Positions 1 to 10,995 are shown, counted from the stretch's first letter. The stretch is DNA of 64,000 bases from an uncultured delta proteobacterium (GCA_963745025.1 CAVUWD010000013.1:288001-352000); one strand, 5' to 3'. The notes: generated by a model not told the origin, from the letters alone. A program made the numbers and translations.

Positions 1-2
1 CC

Positions 3-1427
3 GTGTGGCAGCACCTGAGCGACCTCGGCAAGGACGTGATCGTCGTCAACGTGCCGATCACGTACCCCCCTCGAGCCGTCAACGGAGTGATGGTGAGCGG
101 CCTGGACACGCCGAGCACGAAGACAGCCTTCACCTATCCGCCGGAGGTGAAAGACGAGATTCTCCAGGTGTCACCCGACTACAAGATCAACTTGCATCTG
201 GGTGGCTATCTCCACAACGACCGGCGCCGGCTGCAAGCTCTCGAGATCATGGCGGCGGCCACCCGCGCCCGGGCGAAGGCCGTGGTCCACCTGATGACTC
301 ACCACCCGTGGGACTTCTTTGCGGTGCGCTTCAACAGTCCCGACAATGCCCAGCACCAATACTGGAGCTTCATGGACGAGACGCATCCCCAGCACGACCC
401 GTCGAGCCCGCCCGCTTTGAAGAACGCCATCCCCGCCACCTACGAGCTCCTGGACGAGGTGGTCGGGGAGGTGCTGCGGAGCCTCGACCCGTCGAAGACG
501 ATGCTTCTCATCATGTCGGATCACGGCGCGGGCCCGCGAACCGGGAAATCAATCTACGTCAACGAGTGGCTGCGGAGCTTGCACCTCCTCGCGCGACCCA
601 GCGATGACAGCGGCGGCGGCCGCGTCTACCGGGCGTTCGACGACGCTATGTTCCTCCTGAAAGGCCGCGTGCTCGCCTTCCTGCTTCGCACGCTGCCGCC
701 CGATGTGAAGAACGCCCTGCTGCAGTACGTGCCTTCCGCCGCCGGCACGACGGCATCGTACCTGCGGTTCTCGAGCATCGATTGGTCGAAGACCAAGGCG
801 TTCGTCGGCGAGGTGGAGGGAATCCGGATCAACCGCCAGGGCCACTATCCCAACGGTATGGTGAGCGACCAAGAGTACGAATCGCTACGCGAACGGCTCG
901 TCGCGGAGGCGAAGCAGATCCAGGACCCGGAGACCGGAGCGCCGATCTTCAAGGGCGTCTACAAGCGGGAAGACGTCTTCCACGGAGACTCCGTCGGGGA
1001 GTTCCCGGACATCATCCTCAAGCCCCACGACAAGTACTACGTGAGCCCGCGCCTGTTCCGCTTCGGCGAGAGCCGTGGAGGATCCTTCGTCGTGCGAGAC
1101 GAGCACTGGCGCAAGATCAGCGGCTCCCACCGCCAGTATGGAATCTTCATCGCGAACGGGCCGGACTGCCCCGCCGGCCTGGAGATAGAGCCCGTCGACA
1201 TCATGAACGTCTTTCCCACCGTCCTCTACCAGATGGGCTTGCCGATTCCGGATGATCTCGACGGTACGGTCGCCTGGGACGTTTTTCGCGAAGAGTTCCG
1301 CAAGGAGAACCCACCCCGCTATGCGAAGGCGTTCGAGGCGCCCTCCGACGCTCCCGGCGCGGACTACACGGACGCCGACAACGCCAAGCTCATCGACAGC
1401 CTGAAGGGGCTCGGCTACATCGAGTAG
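3..1427 (+). CDS. AlkP-superfamily phosphodiesterase/nucleotide pyrophosphatase-like protein (5' truncated by the window edge)
   Basis: Motifs VNVPITYPP, MSDHG, SGSHRQYGIF and the C-terminal LKGLGYIE; clear paralog of the next ORF. Confidence 0.85.
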   Translation: MWQHLSDLGKDVIVVNVPITYPPRAVNGVMVSGLDTPSTKTAFTYPPEVKDEILQVSPDYKINLHLGGYLHNDRRRLQALEIMAAATRARAKAVVHLMTHHPWDFFAVRFNSPDNAQHQYWSFMDETHPQHDPSSPPALKNAIPATYELLDEVVGEVLRSLDPSKTMLLIMSDHGAGPRTGKSIYVNEWLRSLHLLARPSDDSGGGRVYRAFDDAMFLLKGRVLAFLLRTLPPDVKNALLQYVPSAAGTTASYLRFSSIDWSKTKAFVGEVEGIRINRQGHYPNGMVSDQEYESLRERLVAEAKQIQDPETGAPIFKGVYKREDVFHGDSVGEFPDIILKPHDKYYVSPRLFRFGESRGGSFVVRDEHWRKISGSHRQYGIFIANGPDCPAGLEIEPVDIMNVFPTVLYQMGLPIPDDLDGTVAWDVFREEFRKENPPRYAKAFEAPSDAPGADYTDADNAKLIDSLKGLGYIE

Positions 1428-1431
1428 AATC

Positions 1432-3099
1432 TTGGCGCGGCGCGTCTTCTGCATCGGTCTCGACGGCGGTACCTTCGATCTCGTCGACCGCTTCGTCGGG
1501 GAAGGACGCTTGCCTCATCTCGGGCGATTCTTGAGAGAAGGCACGCGCGCCGAGCTGCGCTCCGTCCTCTTGCCCTTCACGCCCCAGGCCTGGAGCTCCT
1601 TCCTCACCGGCGTGAATCCGGGCCGGCACGGCATCTTCGGATTCAAGGAGAAGTCGGCCAACGACTACTCCTTCCAGCTCGTCAACGCCCGGCGACTGCG
1701 CAGCAAGACGCTCGCGCAGATGCTCGGCGATGCCGGGAAGAAGGTGATCCTCCTCAACGTCCCGATGAACTATCCGCCGCCGGCCGTGAACGGGATCGTC
1801 GTCGGCGGCATGGACTCCCCGGGAATCAGCTCGAACTTCACCCATCCGCCCGAAGTCAAGGACGAGATCCTCGGGCTCGCCAAAGACTACGTGATTCATC
1901 TGCACGTCGGGGCCGGTTATCTCGATTCGGACGTCAAGCGACGCGAGGCGGTTCGGGCGTTGCTCGCCGTTGCGGCGGCGCGCGAACGCGTGATCCTCCA
2001 CCTGATGGACAAGTACCCTTGGGACCTTTTCGCCCTGAACTTCGGCGAGACGGACCAGGTGCAACATCACTTCTGGCGTTACCTCGAGAGCGGGGGTGAG
2101 TTCCAGGACGCGATCCGCCAGGTCTACGAGAGGATCGACGAGGCCGTCGGTCGGATCACGGCAAAGCTCGGCGACGACGTGGTGCAGCTCGTCGTCTCGG
2201 ACCACGGCGCGGGCGCGGCCTCGAACCTCGTCTTCTTCATCGACGAGTGGCTCCGGTCCGAGGGATTGCTGCAGTTCCGGAACGTGGCAGTCGCCAAGCG
2301 CGTCGCGCGGGGGTTCCTCGGCTTCGCCCTGGACTCGTTGTCGCGAACGTTGTCGTCGTCTGCGAAAGACGCTCTCATGCACCGGTTTCCTCAGCTGCGC
2401 GCACGTACCCAAGGGTTCGTTCGTCGCTCACTCGTCGACTGGTCGAAGACCAGCGTCTACTCCGGCGAGCACCCGGCAACGCTTCGCGTGAACCTCGCCG
2501 GCCGCGATCGGAGCGGCATAGTGACCGGGACCCAACGGTACGAAGAGCTGCGGACGGCGCTCATCGACAAGCTCCGAGGACTCGTGGATCCCGTGAGCGG
2601 GAAGGCTCTCATCGAAGAGGTGTATCGGCGCGAAGAGGTGTACCACGGACCGTTTCTCGAGTCCGCGCCCGACCTGATCCTGGTTCCGAAGGACTTCGCC
2701 CATCAGATCCTCGGCGGGCCCTATCCCCGCAACCGCCACTACCGACAGGTGATCTCCACGAAGGACACGCGGAAGTTCTTCGTCAACGGGACCCATCGGA
2801 TGAACGGGATGTTCATTGCGCGAGGCAAGGACCTGCATGCCGGCCGGAGCCTTCCTCGGCTCGAGATCACCGATCTCTGCCCGACGATCCTCTACTCCCT
2901 CGGCATGGCGGTGCCGAACGGCCTCGATGGGCGTGTCGTCACCGAAATTTTCACCGACCGCCATCTCGCCGAGAATCCGGTGCGGTACGTCGACTACGAT
3001 CTCCGGTCCGGTGGAGTGGACGGCGGACAACCGTCTTACACGGACGAGGAGTCCCGTGTCGTGGAGCAGTCGCTGCGCAATCTCGGCTACATCGAGTAG
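1432..3099 (+). CDS. AlkP-superfamily phosphodiesterase/nucleotide pyrophosphatase-like protein
   Basis: IGLDGGT, FTPQAWSSFLTGVNPGRHGIFGF, VSDHG, NGTHRMNG, C-terminal LRNLGYIE; TTG start 4 nt after the previous stop. Confidence 0.88.
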   Translation: MARRVFCIGLDGGTFDLVDRFVGEGRLPHLGRFLREGTRAELRSVLLPFTPQAWSSFLTGVNPGRHGIFGFKEKSANDYSFQLVNARRLRSKTLAQMLGDAGKKVILLNVPMNYPPPAVNGIVVGGMDSPGISSNFTHPPEVKDEILGLAKDYVIHLHVGAGYLDSDVKRREAVRALLAVAAARERVILHLMDKYPWDLFALNFGETDQVQHHFWRYLESGGEFQDAIRQVYERIDEAVGRITAKLGDDVVQLVVSDHGAGAASNLVFFIDEWLRSEGLLQFRNVAVAKRVARGFLGFALDSLSRTLSSSAKDALMHRFPQLRARTQGFVRRSLVDWSKTSVYSGEHPATLRVNLAGRDRSGIVTGTQRYEELRTALIDKLRGLVDPVSGKALIEEVYRREEVYHGPFLESAPDLILVPKDFAHQILGGPYPRNRHYRQVISTKDTRKFFVNGTHRMNGMFIARGKDLHAGRSLPRLEITDLCPTILYSLGMAVPNGLDGRVVTEIFTDRHLAENPVRYVDYDLRSGGVDGGQPSYTDEESRVVEQSLRNLGYIE

Positions 3100-3219
3100 A
3101 TCGTAGCGCGACCTCACAGCCACAACGAAAGTCGGAAGCCTATTGAAACATCTTCATCTCACATGTGGGTGTGGAAACGAGAAATCCTACCCTAGTCGAT
3201 CGGAGGAACGGATCGCGCG

Positions 3220-4686
3220 ATGAGGACCATCGTCTTGGGAGCCGGGTTGTCCGGCCTTGCATGCGCGACCGCGCTCCGGCTCCGCGGCGCGGACGTCGTC
3301 CTGGTCGAGCGGGAAGCGGAGGTGGGCGGGCTCGCAAAGTCATTCCGCATCGACGGTTACACGTTCGACTACGGGCCCCACTTCCTGTTCGGTCGGGACG
3401 TTCTACCCCTGCTCGCGGACACCCTGTCGCCCGGCCTCGACCTGCTCCCCATCCGTCGGGCGAACGAGAAGATGCACTTCCGCGACCGCTACTTCACGTT
3501 TCCGTTCGACCCCAAAGACCTGCTGCGTCAGATGGAACCGCGCCTGATGCCCGGGATCCTCTGGGAGCTTCTCCGGCGCAACATGTTTCTCCAGTTCAGC
3601 GACGAGAGGGAGCGCGGCAACGTCGAGGAGTGGGTGATCCGAGGAGTCGGCAGACGCGTCTACGATTACATCTCGCTCGGCGGTTACATCAACAAGCTCT
3701 ACGGCCTGCCGGCCACGCGAATCTCGCAGGATTGGGGCATCCAGAAGCTCAAGTTCCTCTCGCGCTGGCGGGAAGCGAACATCCTCCGCCTGGCGACGAA
3801 CGCCCTGCGGGAGGAGCGACGGGTCAAGCAGAACGTGATCCATTATCCTTCGGGTGGCGGAATCGATGCGATTGCCAAAGGGATCGCGGCCACCTATGCG
3901 GGCCTCGGAGGGGAACTGCTGTGCGGCGCCGAGATCTCCGGCGTCGAGCGACGCGGCGAGCGAATGCAGGTCCACTACCGGAGCGCCGGCGGCGAGGGGA
4001 CTCTCGAGGGGGAATTCGTCGTGTCGACGCTTCCGGTCGGCAAGTTCGTCGCGATGCTGTCACCCGAGCCCGCGAAACCGATTCTCGAGGCGGCGCGCTT
4101 CCTGCGGCATCGAACGCTCCTCCTCGTGCTCCTTTGTCTCGGCAAGGAGCGCGCGCTAGAGTACGCCTCGATTTACTTCACCGAGCCGCAGTTCCCCTTC
4201 CGCAGGATCACCGAGTTCAAACACTTGAGCGCTTCCATGGCGCCCGGGGAAAAGACGTCCTTGTGCGTGGAGATCACCTGCTTCGACGACGATCCGGTGA
4301 CCCAGGAGGACAGATCCAAACTCCTCACCAGCGTGATCGGGCCGCTCGAGCGGGGAAAGTTCATTCGAGCGAGCGAGATCGATACGTGCCACGTCCTTCG
4401 CGTCGCGCACACCTACCCGGTGTACGAGGTCGGCTACGAGGCGGCGCTCCGGACCCTGTTGGAACACCTTGCGGCGCTCGAGAACGTCGTGTCGATCGGG
4501 CGGCAGGGACTCTTCTTCTACAACCTGATGCACAACTGCATGCTCGACGGGTATCGGCTCGCGGAAGGGATCGACGGGCGCGACGGCGCCGGCAGGCACG
4601 AGGTCATCCAGCGGCTTTACGCGGAGCGCCTTGAGAAGTACGCCTCCGCCCGGTCTTCGGGTCCATCGGAGAGCCATGCGGACTGA
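3220..4686 (+). CDS. FAD-dependent oxidoreductase (protoporphyrinogen oxidase / UDP-galactopyranose mutase-like)
   Basis: N-terminal GAGLSGL dinucleotide-binding motif, GGLAKS...FDYGPHF, YPSGGG, C-terminal GRQGLFFY. Confidence 0.85.
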   Translation: MRTIVLGAGLSGLACATALRLRGADVVLVEREAEVGGLAKSFRIDGYTFDYGPHFLFGRDVLPLLADTLSPGLDLLPIRRANEKMHFRDRYFTFPFDPKDLLRQMEPRLMPGILWELLRRNMFLQFSDERERGNVEEWVIRGVGRRVYDYISLGGYINKLYGLPATRISQDWGIQKLKFLSRWREANILRLATNALREERRVKQNVIHYPSGGGIDAIAKGIAATYAGLGGELLCGAEISGVERRGERMQVHYRSAGGEGTLEGEFVVSTLPVGKFVAMLSPEPAKPILEAARFLRHRTLLLVLLCLGKERALEYASIYFTEPQFPFRRITEFKHLSASMAPGEKTSLCVEITCFDDDPVTQEDRSKLLTSVIGPLERGKFIRASEIDTCHVLRVAHTYPVYEVGYEAALRTLLEHLAALENVVSIGRQGLFFYNLMHNCMLDGYRLAEGIDGRDGAGRHEVIQRLYAERLEKYASARSSGPSESHAD

Positions 4687-6115
4687 TTCCATCTCCCGGT
4701 GGGCGATGCTCTTGGCGGCCGAGGTGGTCCTCGCCGCGAGCCTCGCCGTCATGACGCCGCTCGTCCCGCTCGCGGCCCTCGGGGTCGCTGCGGGGCTGCT
4801 CGCGCTCATCTTCATGCCGCGTTGGGCCGCCGTGGTGGTGCTCATACCTTGCCTCCCCGCTTACGACTATCACTTCTTCACGATTGGCCAAGACGCGGAC
4901 GTTGGCTTCCTCGAGCTCGGCGTGCTGATCGCTCTGTTGAAGTGGGGGCTCGACGCGGTGCGCGAGCGGCGGTTCCACTTCGACCTCACGGGGTTCGACT
5001 TCCCCGTCTTTCTCCTTCTCGGCTATGCGCTGCTGACGCTCTTCTGGGCGCCTACGGCCGCGCGAGGCATCCATCAGTCGATCAGAATCTTCCTTGGGTT
5101 CGCGGTCTACTTCCTGCTCGTGAACCTCATCCGCGAGCGCCGCGACTTCGAGTGGGCGATCACCGCCTGGGTGATCCTGGGTACCGTGATCGCGTACGTA
5201 GCCTTCTTCTACGTGGAGCATAGCAGTATCCCCGCCACGGCGGGGATCCAGCTCCCCGAGGGCGGATTGACCGAGCTCCACAAGACGGTGCGCGTGACGC
5301 TCATGTTCACTGACCCCAACGCGTTCGCCTTCTTCCTCACCATCTCGGTCCTCTTCACCTTCATCCGGTACTACTGGGCGCGCTCGATCTTTCAGAAGCT
5401 CTTCTTCGGGGCGGCGATCATAGTGATAATGCTGACGCTTGCAGCGACCTTCTCGCGCAAGAGCTGGCTCGCGATCTTCCTCGCGCTCGGGATCGTCGGC
5501 CTTCGCTTCCCAAGGGTCCTGGTCGAGGGGGCGCTGGCCGCGGTCGGCGGCGTCCTCGTCCTCTTCGTGAGCGACACGGCGAACTTCTCGGAAGCGCTTT
5601 GGCAGCGCTTCATGACCCTCTTCATCGATCCCAACGTCTCGATCTCGGAGCGCGTGGTGGCATGGGAGGTCGGCATGCAGCTCTTCCACAGGAGCCCGCT
5701 CATCGGTGACGGGGTCGGCTCATTCTGGACGTTGTCTTGGCGACTGGGATCGCCGCTCCTCTTCCCGCACAGCTTCTACGTGTACCTGCTGGCCGAGGTC
5801 GGGCTCGTCGGCCTGAGCCTGGTCATCATCCTCGCGGTGCACTTCGCATGGGCACTCTGGACGGCGATGGCCCGGCTCACCGAACCGTACACGAATTTCC
5901 TAGCGACGCTGCTCTTCGCCGGCTGGTTGTCCATCCTGTTCCAGGCGGCGTTCAGGACGATTGGCCTGACGGACACGCTCTTCTGGGGGTTCCTCGGGCA
6001 GGCTGCCAGCTTCGTGCGCCTGACGGCCGCGGAAGGGCGTGCGGCGCTTCCGGGGAGGCCGGAGGAGGACGAGCCCGTAAAGGCCCCTGTGGTGCCGGCT
6101 GTCCGCGTCGCTTGA
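4676..6115 (+). CDS. O-antigen ligase / Wzy_C family polytopic membrane protein
   Basis: Many TM segments; [19 protein letters not shown]...[26 protein letters not shown]. Confidence 0.85.
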   Translation: MRTDSISRWAMLLAAEVVLAASLAVMTPLVPLAALGVAAGLLALIFMPRWAAVVVLIPCLPAYDYHFFTIGQDADVGFLELGVLIALLKWGLDAVRERRFHFDLTGFDFPVFLLLGYALLTLFWAPTAARGIHQSIRIFLGFAVYFLLVNLIRERRDFEWAITAWVILGTVIAYVAFFYVEHSSIPATAGIQLPEGGLTELHKTVRVTLMFTDPNAFAFFLTISVLFTFIRYYWARSIFQKLFFGAAIIVIMLTLAATFSRKSWLAIFLALGIVGLRFPRVLVEGALAAVGGVLVLFVSDTANFSEALWQRFMTLFIDPNVSISERVVAWEVGMQLFHRSPLIGDGVGSFWTLSWRLGSPLLFPHSFYVYLLAEVGLVGLSLVIILAVHFAWALWTAMARLTEPYTNFLATLLFAGWLSILFQAAFRTIGLTDTLFWGFLGQAASFVRLTAAEGRAALPGRPEEDEPVKAPVVPAVRVA

Positions 6116-6119
6116 GCGA

Positions 6120-6147
6120 TCGACTGCCTGCCTCACGAGGCAGTCGA
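6120..6147. terminator. Perfect 10-bp inverted repeat between the ligase and sulfatase genes (hairpin without a U-tract)
   Basis: tcgactgcct-N8-aggcagtcga. Confidence 0.35.
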
Positions 6148-6162
6148 GAAGGTTGCACCGTC

Positions 6163-7584
6163 ATGATCGCACGCCTCGTCCAAGCGCTCGCGGCCTGGGC
6201 ACTGTTCCTGTGCGTGGCGTCGCCGGCCTTCGCCGCCGACACGCCGAAGCCGAACGTGCTCTTCATCGCCATCGACGACCTGAACGACTGGGTCGGCTAC
6301 CTCGGCGGCCATCCGCAGACCAAGACGCCGAACATCGACCGGCTGGCCAGGCGGGCGTCACCTTCACCACGCCTACTGCGCCGCGCCGGTCTGCAATCCC
6401 TCGCGCGCGGCGCTGATGTCCGGCCTGCGGCCGTCCACCACGCGGCGTCTACGACAACAACAACGACTGGCGCACGGTCATCCCCGAGACCGCAGCACGC
6501 TGACCGCTGCACTTCAGCAACAACGGCTACTACGTCGCCGGCGCGGGCAAGATCTACCACGACGCCTTCCGCCGCGCACAGCGACTGGAACGACTATCGC
6601 CAAGGAGAAGGACGGCGACCGCCGAAGCCGAAGGGGCATGACGACGGCGTCGGCGGCATCAAGTTCGCCCCGCTCGACTGCGAGGACGAGGACCTGGCAC
6701 GACTACCAGATCGTCGATCTGGATCGATCGAGCAGCTCGGCAAGAAGCACGACAAGCCGTTCTTCCTCGCCTGCGGCCTGCACAAGCCGCACATGCCCTG
6801 GAACGTGCCGCAGAAGTACTACGACATGTACCCGCTGGACAAGATCATCCTGCCCCAAGGTGCTCGACGAACGACCTCGACGACGTGCCGCCGGCCGGCG
6901 TGAAGATGGCCAAGCCCGAGGGCGACCACGCGGCCATCGTCGAGTCGGGCCGCTGGAAGGAAGCGGTGCAGGGCTATCTGGCGGCCGTCACCTTCTCCGA
7001 CGCCATGGTCGGCCGGCTGCTCGACGCGCTCGACAAGAGCCCGTACAAGGACAACACGATCATCGTGCTTCTGGGGCGACCACGGCTGGCACCTCGGCGA
7101 GAAGCAGCACTGGCGCAAGTTCGCGCTCTGGGAAGAGGCCACCCGCGTCGCCGCTCATCTGGGTCGTGCCGGGCGTGACCAAGCCGAACGGCGTCTGCGA
7201 GCGCACCGTCGATTTCATGAGCATCTACCCGACGCTGTGCGACCTGTGCGGCCTGCCGACGCCGAAGCACGTCGAGGGCCAGAGCATCCGCCCGCTGCTG
7301 GCCGATCCCGCGGCCGCGTGGGACCGCCCGCGCTGTCACCACCTACCAGCTTCAACAACCACGCCGTCCGCACCGAGCAGTGGCGCTACATCCGCTACGC
7401 CGACGGCGGGAGGAACTGTACGACCACGCCAAGGACCCGCTGGAGTGGACCAACCTCGCCGGCGAAACCCGAGTACGCCAAGGTGAAGGAAGAGTTGGCG
7501 GGGTCGCTGCCGAAGATCAACGTCCCTGAACCGAAGTTGCCCCGGTGGCTGAAGAAGATGTGGACTCTTTGGCGCCGTCCTTGA
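6163..7584 (+). pseudogene. Secreted formylglycine-dependent sulfatase (iduronate/choline sulfatase-like), repeatedly frameshifted
   Basis: Signal peptide, [16 protein letters not shown] (CxPxR) motif, [16 protein letters not shown] and [16 protein letters not shown], spread over all three frames. Confidence 0.8.
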
Positions 7585-7631
7585 CCACGTCGCCAAACTT
7601 CATGAGCTTCTCGACGATATGCAGACTTCTC

Positions 7632-9164
7632 TCAGGAATTGACTCCGCGAATCTCGACATAGACGGGAGATTCTCCAAGGTCGAGCTGCAGAGTGCCGTT
7701 CGCAACCTTTGCTTGGGTGCGGCGAAACGACTCTGCGGAGACACTCGCCTTCAACGGTGTCCCACCGGAGGGGACCGCGGGAACCGCGTCCGTTACCCAG
7801 GCGGTCTCACCGGGAGGCAGTGAGCCAACGTTGACGGCGACGGGTGCGTTCTTCGCCGAAGAAGCCTTGCGCTGCCATTCGTCTCTCCAGACGATGAAGA
7901 CTGGTTTGCCCCGGGCCTCTAATCGATAGACATGCACGGAATCGTCGCCGCTCTTTACCACGGACAACTTGCTCCAATCGGCATCCTTGAAGCGTTCCAT
8001 GAAGAACTTGAATGCATAGTAGGAGAGCTTCTTCACGCCATATCCCGGATCAGGGCAGGGGTCTTCTTTCGTCGGGTCACATTGGCTTTTTTCGGGGATC
8101 CCGTTGTAGACGAGCCCGTTGTGGCAGTACGTGTCATGCCTGCGGTTGCGGAACTCGGTTTCGACGACAGTCCCCCAAAGAATCAAGGGACTGCCATCTG
8201 CCGCGACGCGGACGAATCTCTTGATGAGATATGCCGCTTGCTCGGCCTCCGTCTGTTTTTGGTGGAGACGTTGGTTCTTCGCCTCGAGATCCCAGCCAGA
8301 GTGCGTGGCGCCGGCCTTGATGAGAACGGGCTTGTCGGCGAATCCTACCTCCGCGAGCATCTTCTTGAAGAAGTCGAGGTTCTTGCCGCACGTGCCCGCC
8401 TCGTAGTTCTGAATTACATTGAAATTGTGATAGTCGAAGAAATCGAAAGCTCCACCCCAGCGCTTCTCCTGGAGCGTCTTGAGGATCGGCTTCCAGTACA
8501 GTTCGAATTCTTCGTCGGGAGTATTGCCCGGAACCCCCCCCAGAACGATCTTGGCTTGGGGATCTACGGCGCGAATCGTGCGACTGGAGTACTCCAAGAG
8601 GCGGGCGTATGCCATCGCGGCATCCTTGCCGCAGGATGGATTCATCGCCTGCCCTCTTCCGTGGCAATACGCCTCGGCGAAGAGGTCCGCGTGCTCGTTA
8701 TCGATGCTCCAGTAGAGCACCTTCCACCCGGGGACGTAACTGTTGACATGCTTCACGAGCTCGCGGAGGAACTTCCCGTACGCCTCGTAGGAGACCGGAC
8801 CATCGGGTAAGTACTTGCCGTGGCTCTTCCAGCCGCTGCCGATCAATTTGCCGTCGGTAAAGGCGTCTTTCGACTCGACGTTGATGACGAACCACGCTTT
8901 CGTTCGCGCCTTCCGCCCATACTCGTCGAGCATCTTGTCGATCCTCTCGAATTGGTAGAAGACGCCCTTCGGCTTCACCTTCTCGATCCTTCGTCGAGGA
9001 AGGTGATCGGAGATCCATGAGACGCCAAGATCGCGAATGTAGTCGGCGGTCTCCCCTTTCGCCCCCTCGAAGACGTCGTTCAGCCCGAACTCCGTGGCCC
9101 GGGCGCCAACGCTTCCGAAACACAACGTCAAGCTGGCAAGGACCAAGACTACGCGAACCCTCAT
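7632..9164 (-). CDS. Secreted glycoside-hydrolase-like (clan A TIM-barrel type) protein
   Basis: Signal peptide; WSIDNE, AKIVLGG, FDFFDYH, PVLIKAG, QAAYLIKRF, GVKKLSYY; beta-rich C-terminal domain. Confidence 0.65.
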   Translation of the reverse strand: MRVRVVLVLASLTLCFGSVGARATEFGLNDVFEGAKGETADYIRDLGVSWISDHLPRRRIEKVKPKGVFYQFERIDKMLDEYGRKARTKAWFVINVESKDAFTDGKLIGSGWKSHGKYLPDGPVSYEAYGKFLRELVKHVNSYVPGWKVLYWSIDNEHADLFAEAYCHGRGQAMNPSCGKDAAMAYARLLEYSSRTIRAVDPQAKIVLGGVPGNTPDEEFELYWKPILKTLQEKRWGGAFDFFDYHNFNVIQNYEAGTCGKNLDFFKKMLAEVGFADKPVLIKAGATHSGWDLEAKNQRLHQKQTEAEQAAYLIKRFVRVAADGSPLILWGTVVETEFRNRRHDTYCHNGLVYNGIPEKSQCDPTKEDPCPDPGYGVKKLSYYAFKFFMERFKDADWSKLSVVKSGDDSVHVYRLEARGKPVFIVWRDEWQRKASSAKNAPVAVNVGSLPPGETAWVTDAVPAVPSGGTPLKASVSAESFRRTQAKVANGTLQLDLGESPVYVEIRGVNS

Positions 9165-9413
9165 GAGTCGTGTCTCCTGTCGAACCCGTCGAGCGCCCGG
9201 GCGTCCGGCGATCCGCGTCGCGGCGCCGAACGAGTAAATCGAGGGAAGCCACAGCTGTCAATGCGAGGAGACGTCGCAGCGAGTCAGTGCAAGACCTCGG
9301 CGTTGTCCGCGCCAGGCGAGCGGGAAACGTCTGCTCGGCGAGCCCGGCTCCTCGAGCTTCTTGAAGCGCAGCTTCCTACGAGCGACGAAGAAGCCCGCCC
9401 GAAACGGTGTGAC

Positions 9414-10921
9414 TCACTCCTCGACGAGAACGGGGCTCTTGCCGAGCGTGATCTTCACTGAACCGTCGGTCACGGGCTGCACGGACGTCGGGAAGGCGGT
9501 CGCGTAGTCGGTCACCGCGGCCCCGCTGTCCTGAGCCGGGAGGAGCTCGGTGACGACGACGGCCGGAGAAACGAGGCCGTCAAAGCTGACGGTCTTGCTC
9601 GTCGCGCCCGTCTTGTCCTTGAAGTAGTCCCACCACGCGAAGATCGACCTCTGCACCGCGCCGGCGCGCCGCAGCCTGTAGGCGTAGACGTCTGCGTGCC
9701 GTCACGCAGCGTCTCGACGTGCTCCAATCGAGCGGCCAGGCTTTTTCCATCAGGTGCTTGAAGGTGAAGTAGGAAAGCTTCTTCACGCCGTCCCCGGGAT
9801 CCGGGACACGGGGACTCGACCGCAGGGTTGCAGGTGGCCGTGCGGGTGAGGCCGTTGTAGACGAGGCCGTTCTGACGAAAGAGTATCCTTAGATGTCTTC
9901 CTCGCCGGTCTCGTCCTCGCGGATCGTCCCCCACAGCGTGAGCTTCACGCCGTTGGCGGCGTGATGCACGAAGCGCTTGACGAGATGCTCGGCTTGCTGC
10001 CTTCGGTCTGTAGCCGTCGCAGCCGGCGATTTGACGAGGCGAGGTCCATGCCAGAGTGGGTGCCGCCCGCCTTGACGAGGATCGGCTTACCCGCGAACCC
10101 CGTATCGTTGAGCAGCGTTCGAAAGAACTCGACGGTTCGCCCTTGGTCGAGGACGGCTCGTACCTCGTGAAGATGTTGAAATCGTGATAGTCGAAGAAGT
10201 CGAAGTACCCGTCAGCGCTCTTGGCTTTGAGCTCGAGGAGCGCCTCACGATAGTAGAGGTCGATCTCCCCGTCCGGCGTGCTGGCGGCGACGCCGCCGAA
10301 CACGATCTTCGCCTCGGGATCGAGGCCGCGGATGACCTGGTACGAGCGCTCCAGCAGATCGGCGTAGGCTGCGCGGCCGCATGCCGCGCACACGGGTTCG
10401 ATCGTGGCGCCGCAGAAGGCCGGGAGGTAGAGGCTCGAATGCTCGTTGTCGACGCTCCAGTAGCGGACCTTCCAGCCCGGCCACCTGCGCGTTCACCCAG
10501 CGCACGAGTTGGTCGAGAAACGCGGCATAGGCATCGAGGGAGACGGGACCGGCGGGAAATACTTTCCCGTCTCGGAACCGATGCGGATCAGCCGTCCGTC
10601 CGTGAACGGGTAGAGCGACTCGACGTTGATGACGAACCAGGCGTTGGAGCTGCGCTCGACGGCATACTCGGTGATCAGCGGGCCGACCACCCTGTCGAAG
10701 TCGTACCGGGGAACCCCGTCGTCGTTGATCTTCTCGATATCCCGGCGGGGCAGGTGGTCGGAAATCCAGGAAACCCCGAGCTCATCGAGCCAGACGTTGG
10801 TATTGCCGTCGCTGGCGTCGAAGGCGTTGTTGACGCCGAAGGGCGGCTCCAGATTTTGGGCGCGGGCGCTGAACGGCGTGAGGACTAGGATGCTCAGGAT
10901 GACGGCGTAAAAGGTTTTCAT
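9414..10921 (-). pseudogene. Frameshifted paralog of the 7632-9164 glycoside-hydrolase-like protein
   Basis: Shared LGVSWISDHLPRR, AWFVINVES, FDFFDYH, NGLVYNG, KKLSYF and LGKSPV blocks across ORFs 10493-10921, 9512-10393, 9580-9786 and 9414-9656. Confidence 0.75.
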
Positions 10922-10965
10922 ATCGCTGAAAGAATAGCAGGAATCGGGCCAACGAAGGAACGAAG

Positions 10966-10995
10966 AAAAAACGAGAAACTGGGATGACAGTTTCT
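10966..10995 (-). terminator. Candidate intrinsic terminator after the ArnT-like gene
   Basis: 8-bp stem agaaactg-N6-cagtttct, followed on the minus strand by a T-run. Confidence 0.4.

Noticed and set aside
6163-7584. Programmed frameshifting or phase variation in the sulfatase
   Set aside because: Too many scattered indels, not at slippery or simple-repeat tracts; sequencing error or decay is more parsimonious
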